Below, piece by piece: positions 13,276-23,599 of a stretch of DNA of 64,000 nt (position 1 is its first letter; the number at the start of each line of letters is the position of its first letter). The notes under the pieces were generated by a model, which saw only the letters and a list, made by a program, of their open reading frames with translations, was not told the DNA's origin and did no database searches. The stretch is from positions 92,876,001-92,940,000 of the forward strand of contig OX597814.1 in NCBI GenBank assembly GCA_951406725.2, given 5' to 3'. A program made the translations under genes and the position numbers. The stretch is from Octopus vulgaris. Lineage: Eukaryota.

Positions 13276-14758
13276 CGTATGTATGATATTTACCACATGA
13301 ATTACGATGAAAAAAATATGAGAAAGATATGGTGTATAATTTTTGTGCAGGGTTCCTTGAGACATGTAATTTATTTTAAGGGTTGCGCAAGGGTAAAAAG
13401 ATTGAGAAACACTGGTCAAACCCATGCCAGCATGGAAAACGGATGCTAAATGATGATGATGATGATGATGATGATGATTGTGACACAGTCAAATTTAGAG
13501 ATACTTACTTCAGCCCTGCTGAAACTAATGAGTTCATGTTCGACACAGCACTTGTTGGTATACGTTTGACATCATTTTCACTGCAATTGTAAAATCCAAG
13601 ATGAATTACAAAGAAGAATAAAGCAGCAAGCTCTGGCAGAATTGTTATTGAGCCAGACAAAATGGTGAACAACATTTCTTTCAAATCTTTATGCTCTGAG
13701 TTCAAATTCTGCTGAGGTCGACTTTGCCTTTCATCCTTTCAATGGGGCTCTTTAAAATAAATACCTATTTCTTTATTACCCACAAGGGGCTAAACATAGA
13801 GGGGACAAACAAGGACAGACATAGGTATTAAGTCGATTACATTGACCCCAGTGCGTAACTGGTACTTAATTTATCGACCCCGAAAGGCAAAGTCGACCTC
13901 GGCGGAATTTGAACTCACAACGTAACGGCAGACGAAATACCACAAAGCATTTTTCCCGGCATGCTAACACTTCTGCCAGCCACCGCCTTTAAAATAAATA
14001 CCAGCTGAACATAGGGGTGAGGGATTGTAAAATTCTTCTCTCCTACCCCTAAAATTGCTTCTCTTGTATCGAAATTTGAAAGAAAATAAATAGTTACAAA
14101 CAAGAATATTGGTTTCAAATTTTAGCACAAGGCCAGTAATTTTGGGAGTATTAGTCAATTACATTGACCCAGTATTCAACTGGTACTTATTTTATTGACA
14201 TTCCAAAAGGATGAAAGGCAAACTCAACCCCAGTGGAATTTGAACTCAGAATGTAAAGATGGATGATATGCTGCTAAGCATTTTGCTTGGTATGCAAATT
14301 CTACAATTTTACCGTATTGCCACCTTCATTACAAACAGGAATACTAATGACCTGTGGAGTGAAGTCATTATATTTTCTAAATATTCTGTAAGATTTATAG
14401 TCAAAAATTACAGAAATGTTAACCACATTTCTGATGATTTTATGGCTTCAGTTACAACTCTTAGAAAAAGAAATGATAAAGAAGTAATAAGAATTTTTTA
14501 AAATAGTTCTTTTTACTTAGTTTTTACACAAAAAAAATTTTTTCGTTGTTTTCCTTGCTTCAGTCATTGGACTTCAACCATGCTGGAGCATCGCCTTGAA
14601 CAAATTGAGCAAGTACTTATTTTTCTAAGTGTGTTACTTATTCTATCAGTCCCTTTTGCCAACCCAATAAGATACAGGGAGGTAAATAAATTAACACTAG
14701 TTGTCAAGGGGTGAGGATAAGGTACAAACACAGATGTAAAGACATGCACACACACATA

Positions 14759-14789
<31 letters not shown>

Positions 14790-16611
14790 ATAATATAATA
14801 AACAATAAAACCTTACTTGTATATGTAGACATTGTAATCAACTTTGTTATCTTGACATTTCTCAGCTTGAATATTTGAACAGTTCACCTATAAAGAACAA
14901 GTATACACACATGCATATATATATATGTATGTATATTAGGCCAAATGAGATAACAAGTCCAAGGCTTTGAGGAGTTTTCAGGACATTTATAATGAAAGTC
15001 TTACAGCTGTTTCTGGGATATTACGGTTATCCCTTCATTAGAGACGGTGTGTGTGTGTGTATATATATGTATGTATATAGCTAAGGAAGTGCTATGGCTA
15101 GACTGTGGTTAAACTCTTGCTATTATAATGATATGAGTGAGGAGTGTAATGTGGGTTTTGTTTTAGCATGCATATATATATATATATTAGACAGAATGCG
15201 ATAACAAATCCAAAGCTGTGAGGAGTTTTCAGGACATTTATAATGAAATAGTCTTACAGCTATTTCTGGGATATGGACATCCCTTCATCAGAGACAGTGT
15301 GAGAAAATATTTGAGCTCGAATTATTGTGGAAAAGGAGGAGATAGGGAATATAGAGGAAAACAAGAGAATGAAAGTAGAAATAAGATATATAAAGATATT
15401 GTAGTTGCAGTTCCATTATTTGAGGAAAATGGTGTATAGAAGTGGTAAAAAAGTTTCCTGTACATGGTATGTTATTTCAAATAGCAGTTCATGTTTAGCC
15501 ATTTCAAAGTATGGAGCCATATATATATATATGCTTCCTTCTCCTCCACAACACTATTCTTCCTCTGCACCCTTCTCTTCTTCTTCTGCACTGCTTCTCC
15601 ACTTCTTCTGCACCCCTCCTCCTCCCGCCTTCCTTTCCCCCTTCTCCTCCTATGCTTTCTCCTTCTCTTCAATATACTCTTAAGTTATGCACAACAAGCC
15701 AATAAAACACTCATTACCTATGCAGGAAATATACATGGATCGTTAATGATCCTGACAAAGAGTGACAGGTGTAAAATGGTCAATTATTCCAAGTGAGTTG
15801 TATCATTGTTGTTGGTTCTGTTCCAAACTAATATAATCTTTTCTAATCTATGCACAAAGCCTGAAATTTGGGGGGAGGGGGGCAGTCAATTAGATCAACC
15901 CCAGTATGCAACTGGTACTTAATTTATTGAGCCTGAAAGGATGAAAGGCAGAGTTGACCTTGGCGAAATTTGAACTCAGAACGTAAAGACAGACAAAATA
16001 CCGCTAAACATTTTGCCCGGCATGCTAACGTTTCTGCCAGCTCATTGTCTTTCCATTCCAAACTAATATAATGGTTCCAGATATCTCAGGAAATTTCTTA
16101 GAGTCAATGTTTAGCTACAATTTCAAAGTAGTAAGTGACTGAGAGATGAGAAAGATCTGTCTCTGAATAAGTTACTAATTCATCTCAAGTATCATTTTTA
16201 CATTGATATGTTTCAAGACAGCTGAGCAAAAAGGAGAGCTGCAGTGTCATGTTTATTGCTCTTATACATAATGAAATACCTCTGTTATCTAATATCATGT
16301 GTGTGTGTTTGTGCATACGTGCATGTGTGTGTGTCTGCGTCTGTCTCTCACTATCAGTTGATAATTAACTACACCAAGGTATAAACAAACTTGAAACTTA
16401 CAATGCCAACTTTGAAATTGTATTTCAGTAAGACATTTGCTGCCAAATCATATTTTACCAAGAACTTTTGTGTTTCAGTATCTGGAATGGAAATAAAAAA
16501 TGAAAATTAAAAACTATTCAGCTATGCTAAACCAATTTTGGTAAATATTTAATTACATCACATCATCATCATCATCATCGTCATCGTCATCGTCATCACC
16601 AACACCATCAC

Positions 16612-16665
<54 letters not shown>

Positions 16666-16756
16666 AATCATCATCATCATCGTCGTCGTCATCATCATCA
16701 TCATCATTATCATTATCATCATCATCACCACCATCACCACTATCACCCCCACCCCC

Positions 16757-16788
<32 letters not shown>

Positions 16789-18518
16789 TCTGTGTTTTAA
16801 ATTTGGGTTTTGTCTGTTAACAGGGATGGCAGGATCTACCTCAATGCCATCGCAACCAAGGTAGGCAGGTGCATCTCACCCCAACCTTTAGGCTGGCAGG
16901 CTGGTGACCATTTTCCTTTGCTATCATGAGGCCTTTTTGGAGCAGGATTTTCTACAGGGAGCATGCTATAGCTTACCCCCATTACTCCAATTAATGTTCC
17001 CCATTCATTAACCTCACATCATAATATTTCCATGCTTCTTTCTTTTTCATTGTCACAGAGGGTAGGTGAGACAATGTCATTTCAGACACATTGTTCTCCA
17101 GTGAAGTTCAGCATTATGTGAATGTACAGTTATGAAATTTGGAAAACTTAATACTTCTCATTGTTTCAACTGGCAAAATTAGTGTATCAGCCAATCTCAA
17201 CATATTTACTTGGCTACTTTAATCTGCTTTCTCATTTCAAGCATCATCATCATAATTTAACAGGAGTGGCTGTGTGGAGTGCGCAGGAGTGGCTGTGTGG
17301 TGTACGCTGGAGTGGCTGTGTGGTAAGTAGCTTGCTTACCAACCACATGGTTCTGGGTCCAGTCCCACTGCGTAGCACCTTGGGCAAGTGTCTTCTACTA
17401 TAGTCTCGGGCCGACCAAAATCTTGTGAGTGGATTTGGTAGACGGAAACTGAAATAAGCCCATCATATATATGTATGTATGTATATATATATATGTTTGT
17501 GTGTCTGTGTTTGTCCCCCAAACATCGCTTGACAACCGATGCTGGTGTGTTTACGTCCCCGTAACTTAGCAGTTCAGCAAAAGAGGCTGATAGAATAAGT
17601 ACTAGGCTTCCAAAGAATAAGTCCTGGGGTCGATTTGCTCAACTAAAGGCAGTACTCTAGCATGGCCACAGTCAAATGACTGAAACAAGTAAAAGAGTAT
17701 AAAAGAGTAAAAGAGTATCCATTTTCCATGCTGGCATGGGATGCATAGTTTAACAGGAGCTGACCAGCTGGGGAGCTGTCCAGACTCCATGTGTCTTTTG
17801 TGACATGGTTTCTATGGCTGGATGCCCTTCCTAATGCCAACCCCTTTACAGCTGGGTTCTGGGTGCTTTTCATATGCCACTGGCATGCAGCACCGGCATG
17901 AATGCATTTTACATGGCACTGGCACTTGTAAAGGTCAAGCCAGTATATATATGGATGGTCTTTACTAATTGATAACCCATATTTTTTTATGATAATATGG
18001 CTTTCTATCTCTCTTTTCTTCATAATTTCAGGCCTGTATTAGTCCTTGTAACCCGATAACTTTACAACCATGTTATCTAGTTAAGTATACACAATGATGG
18101 ATAGATAGATAGATAGATAAAGAGAGAAATAGGCAGACAGACCGAAAGGAAAGAGAGGGAGAGAGAGGAAAAGAGGGAGAAAGAGAGGGAGAGAGAGAGA
18201 GGAGAAGAGAGAGGGAGGAGAAGAGAGAGAGGAGGAGAGAGAAATGTAGAGTTATGCAGAGAAAAAATAAGCAAAGAGAAATGTATTGATGAGTAAAAGT
18301 GACAAAGAGAGAGAGAGAGGCAGAAAATTTTTTAAAAAATAGAAAAAAAATGACATACCTGTATAGAGAACATAGTACAACATGCGAGGACGTCCCTCTT
18401 CCTCAAATTTTGCTATATCTTGTACATGCTCAGTATATTTCATTTGCAGATTAATAGTTGCAGAAACATTTTGAAACAATATCCCAAACAGAACTGCTAA
18501 AGCAAACATCTTTAACAT
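680..18518 (-). CDS. TXNDC16: TXNDC16/ERp90-like thioredoxin-domain ER protein, spliced gene, 3' part continues off the left edge
   Basis: Eight GT-AG exons read by hand with matching phases (18359-18518, 16402-16481, 14817-14887, 13509-13580, 8782-8903, 7406-7496, 4763-4934, 680-752). They give [20 protein letters not shown] (signal-peptide-like)...[44 protein letters not shown]...[17 protein letters not shown]...[22 protein letters not shown]...WLLHCK. This is collinear with my recollection of the vertebrate TXNDC16 N-terminus (VAKVNC, FPTDTLFDVNAIV, HRAVMEAAFVYG...FVLTTE, YFFHCK). No CxxC motif seen. Confidence 0.8.
1464..1557 (+). ncRNA. Degenerate type I hammerhead motif in a Penelope-like pLTR remnant
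   Basis: CTGAAGA (1474-1480), 12-bp stem II gaaagacacaat/attgtgcctttc, GAAA-cacg-TA. Stem I is imperfect. 1535-1613 is inversely repeated at 1307-1385. Confidence 0.55.
1955..2243. repeat. AT-rich near-perfect palindrome (~145-bp arms) between (TA)n tracts
   Basis: aatattagaaaaaaa...caccatctagaaaattacat...aaaaataatat is mirrored by atattatttttgtaat...atgtaattttctagatggtg...tttttctaatatt. Confidence 0.85.
2490..2899 (+). mobile_element. Non-autonomous Helentron/HINE (DINE-1-like) 3' portion
   Basis: aagtttcatcagaatcggttg core, (GACA)n microsatellite and tttatatatagagagatt terminus, typical of HINE elements. Confidence 0.55.
3962..4189. mobile_element. piggyBac-type MITE (TTAA-CCCT...AGGG-TTAA); further copies at 18639-18866 and about 45648-45850
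   Basis: Terminal inverted ccctt.cgttac/gtaacgaaaggg with TTAA flanks; three similar copies in the window. Confidence 0.8.
4238..4645 (-). mobile_element. RTE-type LINE ORF 3' fragment (degenerate)
   Basis: LYEYEGWTL...[29 protein letters not shown], an RTE C-terminal motif. Confidence 0.8.
4763..4934 (-). CDS. TXNDC16: TXNDC16-like exon ([18 protein letters not shown]...QKMDIDDN)
   Basis: ttttccag acceptor, gtaata donor, phase 2 to 0; lies within ORF 4739..4963. Confidence 0.8.
6264..6675 (+). mobile_element. tRNA-derived octopod SINE with internal microsatellite; many copies (e.g. 8980-9575 -, 17310-17716 +, 19820-20310 -, 44617-45017 +, 47685-48135 +, 52000-52350 +, 54170-54575 -)
   Basis: gtggctgtgtggtaag...ggttcagtccc A/B-box-like head, ccttgggcaagt core, (TA)n/(TG)n spacer, tail cagcatggccacagtcaaatgactgaaacaagtaaaagag. 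Confidence 0.85.
7406..7496 (-). CDS. TXNDC16: TXNDC16-like exon ([30 protein letters not shown])
   Basis: ctttcatag acceptor, gtaagt donor, phase 1 to 2. Confidence 0.85.
8330..8392 (+). ncRNA. Type I hammerhead motif (degenerate base of stem II)
   Basis: ccac CTGATGA ...ctgc/gcag... GAAA cgatcg TA gtgg; palindromic stem III ACGATCGT; element lies between (TA)n tracts. Confidence 0.65.
8782..8903 (-). CDS. TXNDC16: TXNDC16-like exon ([41 protein letters not shown])
   Basis: ttgacag acceptor, gtcagt donor, phase 2 to 1. Confidence 0.8.
10694..10748 (-). ncRNA. Type I hammerhead ribozyme (copy 1)
   Basis: Minus strand: UGCU-ugc-CAUGCG [CUGACGA] GAGG-cgacca-CCUC [GAAA] CCGG [UC] / CGUGUG-u-AGCA. 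Intact core, stems I and II, palindromic stem III (ACCGGU). Predicted cleavage between 10705 and 10704. Confidence 0.85.
11054..11108 (-). ncRNA. Type I hammerhead ribozyme (copy 2)
   Basis: Identical to copy 1, offset 360 bp. Confidence 0.85.
11414..11468 (-). ncRNA. Type I hammerhead ribozyme (copy 3)
   Basis: Identical to copy 1, offset 720 bp; abuts the inversion junction. Confidence 0.85.
11816..11870 (+). ncRNA. Type I hammerhead ribozyme (inverted copy, stem III variant GAAACCAGUC)
   Basis: tgcttgccatgcg CTGACGA gaggcgaccacctc GAAA ccag TC cgtgtgtagca; one substitution breaks the stem III palindrome. Confidence 0.75.
12076..12302. mobile_element. Diverged relative of the 360-bp monomer terminus, itself folded back
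   Basis: Begins taataaatctctgagcgaggtataaacagta, like the array terminus. Internal inverted arms about 12123-12195 and 12228-12301. Flanked by (TA)n. Confidence 0.7.
12908..13413. mobile_element. hAT (Charlie-like) MITE with internal (TA)n, inserted in a SINE-like repeat
   Basis: Termini cagcgtctctcaacc / gattgagaaacactg. Confidence 0.65.
13509..13580 (-). CDS. TXNDC16: TXNDC16-like exon ([24 protein letters not shown])
   Basis: ttgcag acceptor, gtaagt donor, phase 2 to 2. Confidence 0.8.
13760..13990 (-). mobile_element. Second tRNA-derived SINE family (copies at 15840-16050, 57065-57300 and others)
   Basis: Minus strand: ggcggtggctggcaga...gagttcaaattccgccgaggtcgactttgcc...ggggtcgataaattaagtaccag, repeated across the window. 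Confidence 0.8.
14817..14887 (-). CDS. TXNDC16: TXNDC16-like exon ([23 protein letters not shown])
   Basis: ctttatag acceptor, gtaagg donor, phase 0 to 2, thioredoxin-fold VNC motif. Confidence 0.85.
14998..15045 (-). ncRNA. Core-mutated copy of the 15251-15295 hammerhead (CTAATGA)
   Basis: Minus strand: gtct CTAATGA agggata-accgtaa-tatccca GAAA cagctg TA agac; part of a ~110-bp duplicate (about 14936-15050 vs 15186-15300). Confidence 0.55.
15251..15295 (-). ncRNA. Minimal type I hammerhead motif
   Basis: Minus strand: gtct CTGATGA agggatg-tcca-tatccca GAAA tagctg TA agac. Confidence 0.7.
16402..16481 (-). CDS. TXNDC16: TXNDC16-like exon ([27 protein letters not shown])
   Basis: ttccattccag acceptor, gtaagt donor, phase 1 to 0, open frame. 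Confidence 0.85.
16556..16788. repeat. (CAT)n/(CAC)n trinucleotide microsatellite
   Basis: Direct reading; explains the poly-Met ORF. Confidence 0.95.
18359..18518 (-). CDS. TXNDC16: TXNDC16-like first coding exon (signal peptide); exon acceptor at 18594
   Basis: Acceptor ttacag|G at 18594, ATG at 18518, hydrophobic [20 protein letters not shown], donor ACAG|gtatgt (phase 1). The frame is open back to the acceptor, so an upstream start is possible. Confidence 0.75.
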
Positions 18519-18927
18519 TGCAAAAGCTAGCCAGTTATTTTGGAATATTTTCTTTATTCTGCACCAGGTTTTATCAAACTGCTTCACAAAGGACCTGTAA
18601 ATCATAAATGTTTTCTTTATTATTTAATATATATTTGTTTAACCCTTTCATTACCAACCTGGCTGAAACCGGTTCTGGCTCTGAGTACAAATGTCTTGTT
18701 TTCATAAGTTTTGAATTAAAATCTTCCACTAAACCTTAGTCACAATTTATGTTCCTAACACTAGATTAATGATAACTAAGTTATTTTACTAAATTCTTTG
18801 TTATATTTAAAGTAATTGAAAGAAACACTGAACATCTCAAAATAAATACAGTAATGAAAGGGTTAATACTTAAAAAATATACACCATGGAAATTTCAAAT
18901 TGTAATGTAATGCTCCCAGTAGTTTAG

Positions 18928-19760
18928 AGGTGGTATCAAAAAGTTCCAGGTCTAGTTATGTTTAATAAAAAATAACTTACTTACCTAAGTTTTAGCATTA
19001 TCTCTTTCGAATTAGTCACCTTGCACAGCAACATACTGGTTCCAGCATTTCTGCCACTTTTGAAATCTGGTCTGGAAGTTGTTTTCCATAAGTGAGTTGA
19101 AGACCTTCTGCGATTCGCTCTGGATCTTAACATCAGTCATAAAATGGCAACTTTTGACTGAGGTCTGGCGAACCAGACTCCAATCTGATCTGGCAGAGTT
19201 TCTACAGTTGGATGCCCTTCCTAGCGCAACCACTCCGAGAGTTTAGTGGGTGCTTTTACGTGCCACAGGTATGAGGGACAGTTAGGTGGCACTGGCAATG
19301 GCCACACTCAAATGGTGCTTTTTATGTGCCACCTGCACAGGAGCCAGTCCAGCGGCACTGGCAACGACCTTGCTTGAATGTTGTCAAAAAAGAAATTATG
19401 AGCATGCTCTTAATTGGGCTGCAGCTCCATGATGCTGTTTGAAGCACCTGTGCCACTCGAAACATTGCATACAACCCATTGCCTTGTCACCGTAAGCTTA
19501 CCAAAGAATGCTTGATGTCTCTGTAGCAGACTTCACAAGTTTAGTGCAAAATTTCGCTTCCTGTCCAGGACAAAATTGCAGACTACAACATACACATGAT
19601 CACAAAAACATTAATTTCATGACTTGTGAAGTAAACACAGAGATGTCACTCAGCATACTTCCTCTTGAAGGTCACTGCTAGCTCTCACTGCACATGCAAT
19701 TGTATGCTATCGTTTGTTGGCATGCTATAGAACTGGTCTGGGAACTTTTTGATACCACCT
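18928..19760. mobile_element. Mariner-like non-autonomous element interrupted by a SINE-like insert
   Basis: TIRs gaggtggtatcaaaaagttcc / ggaactttttgataccacct; remnant FQKWQKCWNQYVAVQGD resembles the mariner transposase C-terminus. Confidence 0.75.
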
Positions 19761-20122
19761 TGTATATTATATAAATGACAGGCATTCCCAACTTATTGCA
19801 AAACACTTTTATACTTTTACCTGTTTCAGTTATTTTGACTGTGGCCATGCTGGAGCACCACCTTTTAGTTGAAGAAATTGACCCCTGGACTTACTCTTTG
19901 TAAGCCTGGTACTTATTCTATCAGTCTATTTTACCAAACCACTAAATTATGGGGACGTAAACACACCAAAATCGGTTGTCAAGCAATGGTGGAGGGACAA
20001 ACACAGACACAAAACACACAAATATATGCATACATACATACATACATACATACATACATACATACATACATACATACATACATACATACATACATACATA
20101 CATACATACATACATACATACA

Positions 20123-20185
<63 letters not shown>

Positions 20186-22869
20186 GACAGTCTTCTTTCA
20201 GTTTCCATCTATCAAATCCACTCACAAGACATTTGCCCAAGGTATCACGCAGTGGAACTGAACCTAGAACCATGTGGTTGGAAAGCAAGCTTCTTACCAC
20301 ACAGCCATGCCTGTGCCTACAGCTGAACATTTGAAACTCATTTTGTAACACAGAGTTCCATAACATAAAAAGTAATTCTGGTACTCCATTGGCTACAACG
20401 ACAAGGATTCCTGTTGATCCAACCAACAGAACAGCCAGCTCATGAAATCAACATGCAAGAGGCTGAGCACTCCACTGACTGCAGCAATGTGAAATAAAGT
20501 GTCTGGCTCAGGGACACAATGCACTGCTGGGAATCAAACTCATAACCTTACGATCATGAGCTGAATTCTCCAACCACTAAGTCATGTGCCTTCATGGAAA
20601 CTAACAGATTCTCTCAAATGCCCCAACAACTCTCTAGCATGGTAGCCAGAGTAAGAATGGGTTGGAGAAACTGCATAGAATTATTACATCTAGAAGCAAA
20701 AGGCTTTGTTAGTTAATAAAACAGTTATGCCCATTTCTGTATTACTTTTGGTACAACCATCTTACAAACACATCTACCCATCTTATTTCTTTATTGCCCA
20801 CAAGGGGCTAAATATAGAGGGGACAAACAAGGACAGACAAAGGGATTAAGTCGATTACATTGACCCCAGTGCATAAATGGTACTTAAAAGCTGTGAGTTG
20901 GTATGACAAATAACAATTTTGAAAAAAAAATTAAAAGTCCATTTACATATTCATATAGAATATATAATATAGTATATATATTTTTTAATAAAATGAAATT
21001 TTCCAGCAATACTGGTATCATTTAAAAAGAAAAAATATCAGAGGCAAATTTATTGGCATGGCTGCTTGCTAAGTTATTTTTTAAAAATATTACTTTAACA
21101 AGTTCCAGATCACAAACGATGGTATATTTCTCAAAAGTAATTTTTTTCCAATGTAATTATAATGTTCATCATCAAAACGTATGAGGAGACAAAATTGAGG
21201 TGCATAAAATATCTGCCCCATCCCAATTTTTTCTACATTAAATTCCAAAATGATTGTAATCTACATCATCAGAGGGATATTTGTTGAAACTTCCATTAAA
21301 AAAAAAAAAGTAATTTTCAAAAAGCTTTGAGAAAACAAACTTGGGATGAAGAACAATTCTGTAATTATGCTCGAGAGGGAATTCTGGTTTAAGCACCCCA
21401 TATAAACCAGCATAACATTTTTCTTTTTTAAAGAAAATTTTGCAAATTTGTATTCTACACATCATACAAATATGCAAAACAAAAAATGTGTATGTGATTT
21501 AAGGGCGATTTAGCTGTTGTTTTTTGCACATCCCACGACCACCTGATACTTTCCTTGTTTCTTTGTCCCTTTGACATGTATTAATATTTTTCAACTTTTT
21601 TCTAATCATAAACACATTTAATAGAATGATAATGCCCCCAAGAATGTTCCATCACTGGGATTTAAGCAATAAAATTCAAACTGTCTGTATTTTAAACACT
21701 GATTTTTTTTTTTTTCAAATTGAAAAAGAGTAGAATTTTAAGATTTATGATGGGAATGGGTTTAAAAACTTTTATTATTTTTTTTTTTTTTTCATAATCG
21801 AACAAATTCCTGTGTGTAGAACACAAATTCACAAATATTTTCTGAAAATTCACTAAAATAAAAAGGTTATGATGGGTTATATTGTATGCTTAAACCAGAA
21901 TTCCGCAACGCCGGATATTTTGGATAATATGATTCTGGACACACAGTATCTGAATAAATGGCGTAATAATTACGGCTGGAGCACATTTTATCCTAATTTT
22001 GATTAATCAGAGTAGATCTCAAGTTAAACAGCAGCAACAACAACAGCAACAACAGATAAAAGACATTTCATATTGTGATCATGGCTATGATGTGTTTGAA
22101 ATAAAAGACGGGAGAAATGATGATGGGGTGAAACGTCTTTTATCATAGCTTTGTTAGAAAAAGATGGAGCTGGAATTTAATAACCACCAACACAAGAAGA
22201 AAATCTTAATTAGGTAATGTTTTCTGTTGCAAGTTTAGAAGTGTTTTTTGAAGACAAGACTTTGTTTGCTTACCTTATTTTATCTTGATCCAGTTAAGAC
22301 TAATGCTGAGTCGTCCCTCGGGTTGTTATTGCTGTCTCTTTATATTTCTGTCACCAATGAAATGGCTTCTATAGAAAATTGTTATTTTTTACTGCAGCAC
22401 TTGAATGCCCTTTTGTGCGATTATGTTTGGTTTAATGTACGCAATTGCTGTTGTGTGTGTGTGTGTGTGTACATACTAACGGCGTACGTAGGTACGTATG
22501 TCATTATTCAGTTTTACTTCAAGATTTCTTGCCAATAGAGAAAGAGCCGGCTTCTAACCTAGATCCAAGGCTCTTTCATTGGAATCTCAACATCAGAAGG
22601 GTATTTTTTATGTATGTATGTATGTATGTATGTATGTATGTATGTATGTATTATGTTGGCTTCTTCTGTAATTAATCACTTATATTCTTCCTCCAAAAAA
22701 GGTTGTTGGTTTCTAACAAACATACAAATTTCCATCTTTGGAATGTAGATAACGAAAAAAAAGGTTACATTTTAAACCTGAGAAAAGTCTTGCATAGTTT
22801 TACTGTTCCGCTTACATATTGTATTTGTAATGCGCAAATCCGTTGGTTGATTTCTTTTTCGAAAATCCA

Positions 22870-23520
22870 AGATTATCTCAACTGACAGTTAGTCTTTTAC
22901 TTTCAAAACCAAGTACTCCAATTATTATTGGTATAAACGTAAATTTGTAATCTGGATATAGAAGCTGAAGGTTGCAAAGCAGTTGTCTATAGTAATATTC
23001 TCTCTCTTTGATTTTCAAAGAGACATTCTCATCAGCAGGACAAGCTGATTGCTGTAACAGTACATACTTTTTCTTGTCTGTCCCAAACAACAATATCTGG
23101 CCTGTTATGCTTACTTTTAACAGATGTTTTGATGGGAATGTTTCATCAGTATTCTTTGTGTTGATATTTGTGCACGTATTCAATAATGGGGATTCTCTAT
23201 ATTTATTCCAGGACAGACTTTTTTTCTGAATGGCATTGTCATAGTTTTTGTGACAACGTCGTGTCGCATAGAGAGGTAGTACTTTGATGTCAATTTTGGG
23301 CTGCTGCTAATTACATGTGTGATGTCTTACACAGAAATATGACATAATCTACATTAACGGTTGCATATTGGAACTCCAAGGGCTTCACAGTCTCTTTTGT
23401 GGGTCAGGTATTTTGAAGCAATCTCCTGTTCTTGGATTGCAAAGGCATAGCCTTCAAAGTGTGATATGATGTAGCGGTCACGAATCCAAGAGAGGCTTCG
23501 CTTCATGTCAATGTTACTAT
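22870..23520 (-). mobile_element. RLE-type (R4/Dong-like) non-LTR retrotransposon 3' fragment
   Basis: Degenerate GYAFAIQEQEI, zinc-knuckle region DITHVISS...RHDVV, NRPDI and CPAD...K...Y...PIIIGVLG endonuclease motifs. Confidence 0.75.
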
Positions 23521-23599
23521 CTTCTTTAGGTGTATGTATGTATGTATGTATGTATGTACGTACGTATGTATGTATGTATGTATATATGTATGTATGTAT

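Noticed and set aside
16558-16788. Poly-Met ORF and other YIYI/MYVC/HTYI/ERER ORFs across the window
   Set aside because: Translations of microsatellites.
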